Shown here: positions 1-11,997 of the stretch, piece after piece
Position numbering within the stretch: position 1 is the first letter of the stretch
How the letters are laid out: the number at the start of each line of letters is the position of its first letter
Source: Microbotryum violaceum
Taxonomy: Eukaryota
DNA length: 64,000 bases
Reading direction: 5' to 3'
NCBI GenBank assembly: GCA_001244265.2
Contig: CDLV01000008.1
Span: 1,178,001-1,242,000, forward strand
Notes under the pieces: model-generated
Seen by the model: the letters and a program-made list of their open reading frames with translations, nothing else
Told to the model about the DNA's origin: nothing
Databases searched by the model: none
Position numbers and translations under genes: made by a program

Positions 1-906
1 GCAGCGTCAGCTGGGAGTCGAATGCAAATTCGAAGTCCCCCAGGAGGCCGAGAAACTGACCTCGCCATTCGAGTTTCGTCTCCGTCAACAGAGCACCGAC
101 GACCAGACCGGAAGCGAAGCCGAGCGGCTGACCGGCACCGAGCAGGGCGAAAGCAATGTTTTTCCTCGGTCCCGGCTCAAAATGGCGCCTATGAATGCAC
201 CGGCGGATTAGAGGAGGAGTTTCAATATCTTCTGACCGGCGACCGACCGGCCGACTCCTGGCGGGGGATTAAGGCCTACCCGAGAATCCCTATCCCTGAA
301 GGAGTATTCGCTGCGGCACACTATTTCCCGGAAGGGGAAAAAATGTGTTCAGTGGAATGCCGATCTTTGTCAGCGAGTGAGCGTCGATAATAATGCTTAA
401 GGATTAGGGCGGCGACTGACGATACCGAGCATGGAGGAAAAAGCAGAAAAGCCGATCATCGTGGGACTCAATGCGACGGCGACGGATACGACAAAGTAAA
501 GCGCAGCTGGCAGACAGAAAAGGTCGCGATGTGGCCCTGGTATCAATATATTGGACTGGTGGTTCTTCGCGCCTCCGCGCCCCTATGATCGAGCTCGGGC
601 GCGGCTGGGAGGTCGGGGAATGGAGACGGGAAATGACTGACTACCGATCAAGAAGAGCAACCTCGGACCGTAGACGTCGGCCAACCGACCCATGGGAAGC
701 AAAGTTGAACCCAACACGAGCGCATAGAGCGTGAGCGGCCATTGCAATGCCGATGCAGCGATGTTGAGGTCCTTTTGCACTTGCGGAAGCGAGACGGTGA
801 GCGTGCCGCTGAAGTAGCTGTTGATGAAGCTGGTGCCACTGACCGCGGTCATGATGAGGTAGTCGCGCACATCGTCCCGTCTTCCCGAGCTTTCGTCGAC
901 CGACAT
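1..906 (-). CDS. MFS drug:H+ antiporter (DHA2-like), 5' part; gene runs off the window start
   Basis: The first exon encodes ...LTVSLPQVQKDL...LQWPLTLYALVLGSTLLPMGRLADVYGPRLLFLIG, containing MFS motif A (GRLADVYG). More hydrophobic exon fragments continue toward position 1. Confidence 0.8.
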
Positions 907-1148
907 GGAACCAGAGACGAATTACGGGGTTAGGGTGAGGGCGGAAAGGGCGAGGAGAGGAACGACGCAGGCGGCTCGGTGATTGATTCGATTGCTTGAT
1001 TGATTCTAATCAACTTACCAAAGAGTGGCTGGTTGACACTCATTGAGACGTCTCCGCTACCGACCCCACCGGGAAAAAAATGGACTTTCACTCCCCCACG
1101 CCAAAACAGTCACGTGACACCGGACGACGTAAATGGGTGTCGTTCTCA

Positions 1149-2768
1149 TTACACGGGGTATTCACGCTTTATAGTATCTCTAACCTTAGACATGATAATC
1201 CGATCCACCCATCCATCCGGATCAAACCCCTTTTCCCACTGGTTATGCAAGTGCACAGCCCACACGTTCCCCGCCTTCCTCTCAAGCGATCCGCGTCTCT
1301 GAGCGCTCCATTTCTTCTCCGCATGAGCCGAAGCGAAGGGATCCGGTAAGCGATTGTCGAGTCGACAAGTAACGCCGTCGGTAAAGCAGAAGGGAAGGAT
1401 CTTGAATGGCGCGATCCCTTCGGCGATGAGACGCCGGAAGACCTTGTAGTAAAGGCGCGAGCCCCAGTCGGTCGAATCCTTTTGCGGTGGTGGATCGTTC
1501 GCCATCGCGTACAGCATCTCACACAGGTAGGGACTGTGTTTAAAAAAGTGCATCATTGCACCGTTGAGCGGTTGGTAGATTTTATCTGCGTGATGGGCGG
1601 AGGTGAGGCGCGATCGTGGAGAGTGGCCGAGCGTAAATCCGAAACATGCTTCAGTATGGGTCGCCGGGTCAGGAAGAATATCTCAGGCTTCATAGTCGAT
1701 ACTCACCATAGCAGTCCCACTGGGTCACCCACTCATGCTCCCCTAGCACCCTCATGTCCCTCCCCGTCATGATAGTATCGAAATCGACCCAAACCCCACC
1801 CTCGGCCCAGAGTACAAGCAACCGCACCAGGTCGCCATCAAGCCATGCCTTCTGGTCGGCCAGATCTAGCAGGTTATGACCTTGCATTGGCGTGCCCTCT
1901 GCCAACACCTTCTTGTCGACGCTTCGCACGATCAGTCGGATCGGACCATATCGTTTCAGCAGAACGCAGAGCAAAGGATGGGTTTCGAGTCGCTCCGTCG
2001 TCAGCGCGTTTGTCCACAAGATCACAGTCGAAGTCTCTCGGTCCTGCATCGCAAGTATCGAGTCCAGCAAGTCGGTCTGCCGTGCACCGAGCGGCTTCAA
2101 ATCGTCCCGCCAATAGGTGTGAAAGATCGTTCGCTTCGGCAGATTCATCCCCGGCACCACGGTACGAGGTATGGTCGAGGCAAAGGCAAAGCAGTCATCG
2201 CCGACTTGCATCGAGAGTCCGGCATGAAGCTCGACGTACTTGGGGGAGTGGGCTATGGTGGTGTTGTAGTCCGTCGCAGCGATCGTCGCCGGATTGAAGC
2301 AGGTCCCTGACAGCGGTGGCACAGGGTCGATGTTGCGCCGGATCCAGCCCCGACGATAAGCTTGAATCTCGATGTGTAGTTGATAACGCCTCCACAGAAA
2401 CCCAAGCTGTCTGGTCCAGAAGGCGGGGACGGACAGGGGCGACGAGCCGAGCAGAAGAACAGAGAGCCGTCAGCTGATCAATCCCATCGCCGCTTCGGCC
2501 TCGTATCTGATATCTGATGCAGTCCTACATCCTGACGTACCAGCAGCAAAGCAGTGACAAAGACGTAGCTGACTATCCGTCTCGTGCTCGGAAGAGCTCC
2601 GTGCTGCTGCTTGCTAAATAGCTTGTCGCCGTACCGCGAGCTCGACGACGGGTTGCGCAGGTCAATGCCACTGCCGCCCGCTGTACCCAGCAAGCCAGGT
2701 CGCATCCGATTCGAACTTGTACCAAACGGCATCCTCATCGACCTTAGATCGACTGACTCGGCGCCCAT
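1149..2768 (-). CDS. Glycosyltransferase family 32-like (DXD sugar-binding) protein, multi-exon
   Basis: RTIFHTYWRDDL, DLVRLLVLWAEGGVWVDFD (the GT32 D-R-L-GG-DxD pattern) and C-terminal AVHLHNQW. The start codon at 2768 is inferred. Confidence 0.75.
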
Positions 2769-2992
2769 CTCGGTCAGAGTGCCCAGTTGAATGAGGCCCG
2801 TGCTGAGGAGTCGAATTGAAAGTGCCAACGAGCGGCAGCTGGTCACGCGGTCACGTGCAGCGGCCGCGCGAGTGGGGCAGACGGAGAAAAGAAATGGATA
2901 ATCTGCTCAGCTGTCCCATACGTGGGCTCACCAACCTACGGATTTCCTCGTAGTATCACAGAAGCACGTATTTACATTCATGAGTTGCTGCT

Positions 2993-4545
2993 CTATACAA
3001 CCGATATAAAATCTCCAAGACTGTCTACTATATACGTCGGCTTGGCGACCGCATCCTCGGCCTCTGCTTCGGCCCTCGTGTTGATGCCTGCGAGATGAAT
3101 GATTATTGGCACCAAATAGTGGATAGTCAGGAACAAGGATGTTAAGTATAGTTTTGAATAGATCCGTGATGCGCCAACTTACCGGTCAGGACGAGCATCG
3201 TGGAAATACCGCCGTTCACGCCAAACAGAATGTCCGTGTTCAGTCGGTCGCCAACCATGAGTATCTTGCTCTTGTCCAAGTCATAACTAAGAGGGGTGAT
3301 CGAGGAATTAAACATGTCAGTGAAGGAGATATCAAGATGCCTTTGTTACCAGCCTGGTCACTGACGTCTTCAAGATGCTCTCGAGCATCGCCGCTTCAGG
3401 TTTCCCAATCACGAGCGGCTGTCGGCCCATCGTCGTTATCAGAGGTGCGATCGTAGCTCCGCCACCTGTAGATGTATCAAGAGCAACTGTCAGTAAGTAT
3501 CCAACACAAGGTCTAGCTTGTCGCATATTCCACCTTCACTTGCCAGGATACAAGCTCCCATGGGTAGGGAAAGTCGAATCCAAGTTGGTGGCGACGAAGT
3601 GACACCCCTCATTCTCCCGAAGGTACCGACACCCTTTAGCGATCTTCTTGTAGTTGAGGTGCATGTCGAGACCACACAAGACGGCGCCGACCTCTGGGTC
3701 GGATGTGATGGACGAGAAATCCATGAGGTCGATGAAAACGTTGTCGGCCGGGTCCTGGGACAGAAGTGGCCGTCGAGATATCGGGGCATTGTAACATGCA
3801 CGATAAGCTTCCACTTCGGACGCCTTGACATGGTCCTTCTTCTCCGAACTCACCGTCCCACCCGAATGCCGAATGCCTACACTGTCCAACTCATCCTCGA
3901 TGCCCTTCTCGCCAATGACATACACCTTTTTGTCCGCGGGGAAGTTGAGCACGTTCTTGAGATAGGCCGCACTGGCGCAGGCCGAGGAGAAGATGTCGTC
4001 GACGTGACATTCGATGCCGAGCTTGTCGAACTTGGCTTTGTTGGCTTCACGCGATTTGGTAGCACTGCGTTTCCAGGAAGAGCGCACGGAGGACAAGAAG
4101 GGGGCGGCGGCGGGTCGGGAGGATGGGAATGGAAGCAAGGACGCCGCATCTGATCAGCTCCGGAGGACTTGGATACAGTAGTCTCAATTTTTGGTGATGA
4201 ACTGACTTGTTGGTGACGAAGAAGAAGCGCTTGCCCATTTTGCGCAGTCCAGCGAGCACCTCCTTGACGTGCGGAATCAGGAGATCACCCTCCCAGATCA
4301 CTCCATCGCAGCTATGGATCGGCGTGGATCGGCGAATGTTAGTTCGTGCAAGATAGCTTCCCTCACTGCATGGCCTCGTCTACCCTTTGGACTTGTCCAT
4401 GCCGGCCTGACCAAGCGAGACCACGCCATTGACCGAGCTGTCGCGAGTGCAAAAGAGGCAGAGGCCGAACTTACTCAAACAAGATCGTGTCGTACTTGTC
4501 AACGATCTCTTTCAGGTCATTTCGTGTTGTCAGATCGCGCGTCAT
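2993..4545 (-). CDS. PHO13: HAD-IIA phosphatase (4-nitrophenyl/phosphoglycolate phosphatase), multi-exon
   Basis: Splicing gives KYDTILFD|CDGVIW (HAD motif I). Also FFVTN, FVATNLD, VIGKP and [13 protein letters not shown]. Confidence 0.88.
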
Positions 4546-4776
4546 GTCTCGTGTCTGATTGCGTGATGCGAGGAGGCTACGACAAAGTGAGGTCGTAAGG
4601 CGCGAGCGAGTATCGGTGTCGGCCCGACTGCCGTCTCCGAGAGTTTCTGAGGATCTTCGAAGTTCAAAAAGGCAGCTAAGCAAAAACTTGTTCAAGCATC
4701 CAACTTGCGACTACTATTGAATTATCAAATCATCATCAAGCACCACCAAGACCCATTCCATGCTAAAATGCCGTCT

Positions 4777-6628
4777 CTAAGCGACCTGTTTGATCTGACC
4801 ATCTCCCGCCCTAAGCTGACGCATCGCCTCCTTCTTGTGCCTGCGCATATGTTTGGCCTTTTTGACTCCGAACCCATCGCTGAACACTTCGAGCGTCTCC
4901 TCTAAGCTCAAAAGCGCCGTTTCAGGGTAGAGAAAGATGCAGAACAAAGCGCCGAGGAAACAAATGCCCGCGTAAAGACCTGATCGAGGAAAGACAACTT
5001 TCCGGTTAGCACAGTCCGTCGATTTCGAAAAATTGTGAGCACGGAAGACTGACCGAATGCTCCCGAAGGGGTGATGGCGTTGATCAAACTCAAGAACGTC
5101 AACGAGATGATCAGGTTGCCCGCCCAGTTGCACGCTGTACTGATCGAGGTCCCAATCCCACGAACGCTCACGTGGAACAATTCTTGTTGTTGCCAAGGGA
5201 TGTTTCCGATACCCTGGGGCCGTGTGAGAAGCAAAAACCCTGTTAATCGACTGTGACTCACAAATACACTCGATTGAAACTTACCGTAGCGTAGAAAGCG
5301 ACGTAGATGATCATCGCGGCCAGGACGACTGGCGACCATTTTTGGTCAAGTAGTCCGTTGTCGGTCAAGCGTCCGTCGGTCCTGAGCGTGAGGAAGTGGA
5401 ACGCGACCGCGGCCAGGATCAAAGCGAGCGACATGCCTGGGATCGTCCAGCACGCGATACGGCGGCGGCCGACCTTGTCGACGATGATCAAAGCCACGAA
5501 GGTGAAGAGCAGATTTGTCAAGGCAATGACGAGTCCAATAACGAGGGGGTCCGAGAAGCCAACGGACTGGAACAAGGTGGGCGAGAAGTACATCAACCTG
5601 CATGGGAAAGGAAAAGTCAGGACCTTGCGATATTATCACCTTTGTGACACAAAAAAGGGAGGCACTTACGTGTTGAATCCGCACAATTGCTGGATACCCT
5701 GCAATCCGCAGGCGATGACGAGCCCGCGGAAGTTGGCGGGGACGAAGTGCAGCTTTTTCCACGACGCGAGCAATCCGCCCTCGCCGACTTCCTTTTGCAC
5801 CCGCACACCGATGACCTTGGACTTGAGCATGATCTGGTCCTCCGTCGCAAAGGGGTAAATCTTGCGCAACACGGCGCGCGTCTCTTCGAATTTGCCGTGG
5901 CGAAGCATGTAGCGCGGCGTCTCGGGCAGGAAAGGGAGGAACGCGAGCTGAACGAGGGGAGGTATCGCTCCACCTCCGACCATGAACCTCCACCCATGCG
6001 AGACGTTGCGGAAGGCGATGTTGATGATGTAGGCCAGGACCTGACCACCGGTGATGGCAATGACATTGAGCGTCACGAGTCGACCGCGCTGGCAAGTCGG
6101 GGCCAATTCGGAGATGTACAAAGGCACGATGAGCGCCGCCGAGCCAACGCCGAAGCCGAGGATGAGCCGCCCAACGGCGGCAATCCAGTAGGCGCCTGAA
6201 CCGAACGCAACGGCTTGCATGATGGCTCCGACGAGGAAAAACATATCGGCGAGGAAGATGACGAGCTTGCGACCGGCGCGATCGGCGAGCACACCAGCGC
6301 CGAGGGAGGCGATCAGCGCACCGAGGGTCGTGGCGGCGGTGAGCACCTCCTTGTCGAGGTTGCGGAGGGGCACGCGTCCGAGATCTCGAGCCAAATCCTC
6401 GTGGACCAGACTGCCACCGATGACGCCGGTGTCGTAACCGAAGAGTAGTCCTCCCCAAGCGGCCATGATGACGAGGTGCCAGAGAAACATGGTAGTCCGC
6501 TCTTCACCTTCGGCGCGTACGATCGCATCGTCGTAATCGCCGGTGGAGATTTGGTCGAGGCGCTCATCGACGACGGTCGAGTTCGAATGGACCGCCTTGA
6601 GACCGGGCGAAGGGGGCGACGCAGCCAT
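4777..6628 (-). CDS. Sugar-porter family MFS, myo-inositol transporter-like, multi-exon
   Basis: [31 protein letters not shown]...[41 protein letters not shown] and YPET. Confidence 0.88.
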
Positions 6629-8109
6629 GTTGTAGGTGATTACGAGTGTTTCTTGTGATTACGGTTGTCTAATCCGTGCGCCTTGTATGCCCGCACTCGA
6701 TGTCTTGCGAGATCTGACGGGTCATCAAAAGATGGCCCAATCGAGCCGGTCAGACGCGCCCCTCGCGAACACCCTACTAGTAGGCTGCCACCTTGTAGGA
6801 CATACCCGCGGTGTCCTAGAAGACTCAGAAGAACACCAGAGATGTTAGTTTGACTCATGCGTGTATGCATGAATGTCAGGTGAGATCGTCCCGGAACTTA
6901 CGGTTGTGAGACGACCTGAAAGCGCGGATAGGAGGATGGGGATGAGGATGAGGATGAGGATTTGATGGCTGACGTCAGGCTTGACCGCGGCTCATGATAT
7001 TCGTTGAAGACGTAGTACTTACGAAAGCTGGTTGGAAAACGTGGTGGGCAACTCTGACCAGGTGTACGACTACACCCGACGATACCAAGCAGTGGCTACG
7101 AGTTGGTTGGGGCTGTTGGAGGGGCGGAGCGAGGCAGAGGGACGTGACCATTCCGGTAGTGGCCGACAAGCATCAACTTATTGCCGACTCCCGAGAAGGA
7201 CTCCGTCGGGGTCGTCCAGAATTAGCGCGACCTCGCAATGTTAAGTCGGCCGTGCGACTCACAGATTCAAGTCTATGCCCTCCTCTGATGCTTCGAAGAA
7301 TGATGAAATTACTGAATTAGGGCTGCATGCCAGCCACGCGATCTGGAAGCTCTCTCGTCACCGCCGATTTTCGTCGGATCCTCTGGAGCCGATCGCCGAA
7401 ACGGCATTCGAGGAGCTCCGCGCGTCCATCCAGGAGTCCAAGGGACGACTGGTTTCGCTGTAATCACCTAAGGGGGTTTTTAGTGGGTATGGTTGATTTT
7501 GTTCCAAGGTCAACGAGTCCTACACTACTGGCCTAGGCAGTGTGCTTAATTGCATTCCCTCCGGCTTTTCCGAGGATTTTTAGGCATTAATATAGATATG
7601 CTGTTAATGAAATCTATTAGATAAAAAAAATCAAAAAATTGACTGGCACCCGGCCGGGCCGAATCGCGCATCGTGTGAGAGAGTCAGCATTCACAAGAAA
7701 CGAGCATCATCATCTGCAAGAACATCGGAAGCCTGTATAAACATACGAGATGCGTCATTCTCGAAGAGGAGCGAGTACTAGCGTGACCCGTGAAGCCCCT
7801 CCGAGTGTGAGATCGACGGAAAGGGACGCGTTTGCCGCCGGCCTCGCTCAGGAGGTGAGGCTCCTGTATCTCGCGAAGACCGGTAGAGGAGACCTCACCC
7901 CGCAAACTGAACTCCCATCAACACTGAAAAAACGTACCAGATCCTGAGACAAAAGGACACGGTAGGGTCAGCGAAGCGAGCCGGGACACGCGGTGTGCAG
8001 TGGCATTTGATCGGTCGATCTAACCGGAAGAAGAGCAACATGCCGACTCGGAAGGCTGCCCCAACTGTGTTCCCTTCTTCTTCCCCCTTTGTTACACCCT
8101 CCTTCCACC

Positions 8110-10443
8110 ATGCCGCCCGCTGATGCCATCCGTTCTCGCACGGAAACACCGGCCAAGTCGAGCCCCTCGGGTGCTGCAGCGACTAGTGCCACCGCTCGCT
8201 CCGGATCGACCGCGACGAGACGAAGCAGCTCGAGGACTCGTTCCACCGCCGCCTCCGCCTCCGCCTCCGCGTCACACAACAACAGTCCCGCGACCGATCG
8301 CAAGTGGACCGTCGCCACAGACGACGTGCATCACGAGTACGAGTTTGGAGGTCCGGTCGGCGTCCTGGCCATGATGACGCTGTTCCCGTGCCTGTTCTAC
8401 TACCTATACGTATGCCTTTACTTCTATGATGGTCAGTTCGATCGTGCCCGATGCGAGGCGAGGCGCACTCCACCTCGACGCCGTGCAGTCGTAGAGCTCG
8501 GCCTTCCTTTCGGCGTCATAAAGTCGAGTCGTCTCGGTGCTAACAAGCTCGATCTGGACCCCGTGCAGGCAGACTCGCCAGGCCAGTCGATCCTTCGACT
8601 CTCACCGGACCCGGAGGGTGGCTCGACTTTGTCAAGCTCGTGTTCCGTCTGGTCGTGACGGTCAGTCCTCCGCACTGTTTGGTTCGAGCGCGCGGGGGGC
8701 GCCCCATCCATCGCCTCGCGCCGAACCAATCCTCCGGATTTGGCATTTTTTTGGACTGACTCGTTTTCTCTTTCTTGACTGGGCACTTCTTTCGCATGAA
8801 TTTCACAGCATGCCGCACCGACCCGCAAGGCCGTGGCCTTGTACTTCTCCCTCATCTCGCTGCAACTCTTGCTCGCTTTGATCATGCCCGGTGTGCAGCA
8901 ACGCGGTCTCCCCGTTACGTCGCTCGGAGGCAAAACTCTGGTCTACAATTGCAACGCCTACACCTCGCTCTACGCCACTATCGCCATCGTCGGAGCGTTG
9001 CACTACACCAGCGTTTTTAACCTCGCCGACATCATCGACCTCTACGGGCCCCTCTTCACTATTGCCCAATTGAGTGGCTTTGGTCTCGCCGCAATCGTTT
9101 ACATCACCGGCGAGAGATACCGCATGAGCGGCAACGTAATTTACGACTACTTCATGGGCTCGAGCCTGAACCCGAGCCTGGGTTCCGTCGACATCAAAAT
9201 GTGAGCACTCTGGTGGTCGTTAGAACAGGTTCCGACGACGCACTGACGGTCCCATTCTCGACATAGGTGGGCCGAAATCCGCGTGTCGTGGATGTTGCTC
9301 TTTGCGATCGCCATGGCGGCTTGCGCCAAGCAGTACCAGACCTATGGTTACGTTTCGGCCAACACGGCGCTCTTTGCCTGGGGAACTGGCTTGTACCTGA
9401 ACGCCTGCGCAAAGGTATGTCGAGGATGCACGGGTGCTCGAGGCGTTTCGAAAGCTGATCGTCTGTCTGGTGCTGGGTACTCCACAGGGCGAGCAATACA
9501 TACCCCAGACATGGGGTAAGTCGTGAACGCGCCTACACGGTTGTAGCACTGAGGAACTAATTCGTGACACTTCGCTTGCCTTTGCCAGACATGAACTATG
9601 AAAAGGTGAGTATTCAACCATTCGAGTCTTCGCACTAAATACTGACTGGCCTCTTTACGTCCACAGTTCGGATGGTTGCTCTCTTATTGGAACCTTGCGG
9701 GTGTCCCCTTCTCCTACGCGTACTCGGCGATCTACATGGCGACGCACGACCCCAAGGCCTACTCGTACCCGACGTGGTTCGTCGTACAGCTCTTCATCTT
9801 GTTGACCGTCTCGCACGGCTTGTAAGTCACTACAGCACGACATCCTCCATCACGCGGGATGGTCGAAACTCATGTCCAAGCTTCATGCATAGATTCGACG
9901 TGGCAATGGGACAAAAGTCGTATTTCAAGGCCAAGCAGACCAACACCTTCATCAAACGCTATACGTTCCCGCAAATTCCCGGTACCGAGATCGAGAACCC
10001 CAAGACGATGAAGACCATCACCGGCACCGACTTGTTGATCGATGGCTTGTGGGGTATCCTCAGGAAGCCGAGTGAGCACGACCTCTCTTGTAAGGACCAT
10101 ACCACCCTATTATCGGGATTCTCACCTCCTCTCCGTTTGCGCTGTACCAGATTACACGTTCGACTGGTTCCAAGCCGTGGTCTGGGGTCTTTCGGCCGGT
10201 CAAGGCTCGGCGATCCCTTACTTCTACCCTCTGTTCCACATCACGATGCTGTTGCACCGCAACGCGAGGGACAATGCGAGATGCGCGCGCAAGTATGGCA
10301 AGAGCTGGATCGAGTACAAGCAGAAGGTGCCGTATACGTGAGTTAGGCTCAAGCTTTTCTCGTTGACGGTAATAGGAAGTGGCTGATTCCTCCACTCGCC
10401 TTGCCGCTCGCTCGCCCACAGATACATCCCTTACGTGTACTAG
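8110..10443 (+). CDS. ERG4: Delta24(24-1) sterol reductase, multi-exon with micro-exons
   Basis: YEFGGPVGV, YNCNAY, SGNVIYDYFMGSSLNP...DIKM, the spliced [30 protein letters not shown], and LLHRNARDNARCARKYGKSW...VPY. Confidence 0.88.
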
Positions 10444-10848
10444 AAGGTACCAACGAACGTTGGAAATGATGATGAAGATAACGACGTCCATATGATGATT
10501 TCGCCCGACGACGACTGGGACCAATCGAGGATGAAGTTTATAAATAATACCCTGTGCCAGTTTCCCGCTGTTCCCTATACATTTTTCATTGCCGCTCGGG
10601 TATTCACGAATGCAATCCTGCGTACTAGATCGGCTGGCTGCACGCCCGAGCAGAATCAAGCGCAGTTGAGCACAGTCGAGCACAGTCGAGCACTTGACTG
10701 CACTTGAGAGCACTTGCGCATGCTTGGTCCGACTGACATCTTCGGCTCCGCTCGTGGACTACGTCCCCCTTCCCACCTTCGCCATTCCCCCGTCTGACTT
10801 GTGCTACCCGTTACAAGCGCCCACAACTCGTCGACTCCACCCACATCT

Positions 10849-11867
10849 ATGGCTAGCAAGAACATCATTGTCCTCGGTGCTACGGGAGAAGTAGGACGTC
10901 AGGCGCTTGCATCTGCTCTCGCTGGTCAGTTGATCCATCAGGGCTCCACCAGTCGATCGTCTCGTCGAACTCGTTGTGGCGCAGGACTGATCAACTTCCG
11001 ATACCTTTCTTCAGCCCCAACCACTCAAAGCGTCTACTCGTTTGGACGTCGACCACCTCCCGTCCCCACGGATGCACCAGGGATCGACAAGCTCAAGCAT
11101 TCCGGCCTCGACTTTGACAAGCTGCTCGCCGGTGATGCCGCCGAGCGTCGGAAGCTGTCCCAAGTCCGAGCCGACGCTGTCGTCATCGCCCTCGGTACGA
11201 CTCGAGCCAACGCCGGTAGTGCGACCAACTTCATCAAGATTGATCGTGAATACGTCCTTGCCGCGGCCCAGTCTGCCAAGTGTGATGACAGACAGCAGAC
11301 GCTCGTGTATTGCTCGGTCAGTCCGGTCTCGGCGAGCGCATCTTCGGTCACGGCAGTCGGCGTAGACGTTCGCTGACCGCGTGATTGCGTCTCTTTACAG
11401 TCGGGAGGCTCCAACTCTTCTGCGCCGTTTCTCTATATGAAGTCCAAAGGTTTGACCGAAGAAGGCCTTGCCGCTCTTTCGTATGCCGACACCATCATCG
11501 CTCGTCCAGGCTATCTCGAAGTCCCCGGCGGAAGGGGAGAACGTCGATGGATCGAAGGCATCCTTGGGTCAGTGCTTCAGAACAAACGAAGATCTTTTCC
11601 AGCGCAGGCAATAGTAAGCGATTGCTGATGAGATTGTTCTGCGTTTCTTGCGTTCATAGCAAGGTCACGGTTGTTCTGAGCAAGTTTTCCGACTCGGTCG
11701 CGGTCACAACGCCTGCAGTCGGCAGCGCACTCGTCCGTGCCGCTCTCGAGGGGTCTGAAGCATTGCGAAAAGCCAGTCTCGGTCACGAGGAACAACTCAA
11801 GGGTCACAGGGCTTGGATCTTGCCCAACCCTGCTATCCTCAAGGCCGACCGCGAATCAGAAATTTGA
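10849..11867 (+). CDS. NAD(P)-binding Rossmann protein, FMP52/HTATIP2(TIP30)-like
   Basis: IIVLGATGEVG, ALGTTRANAGSATNFIKIDREYV, LYMKSKGLTE and IARPG. Confidence 0.8.
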
Positions 11868-11997
11868 GTGCAAAATGAGCTTTCCCCACGGCCTCCTCAC
11901 TATGGCAAATGTCGCTTCCATCTGTAGACTTTCTCCATGTTATAGCTTACAGTACTCTGGAAACCACATCAATTTACTACAATCGAACATGAAATTT

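Noticed and set aside
5346-6458. Long alternative-frame and antisense ORFs (also 23412-24071, 35327-36298, 30025-30810)
   Set aside because: These are shadow ORFs of GC-rich real genes.
6660-7950. Short ORFs between the transporter and ERG4
   Set aside because: No motifs or coherent exon chain; treated as a divergent promoter region.
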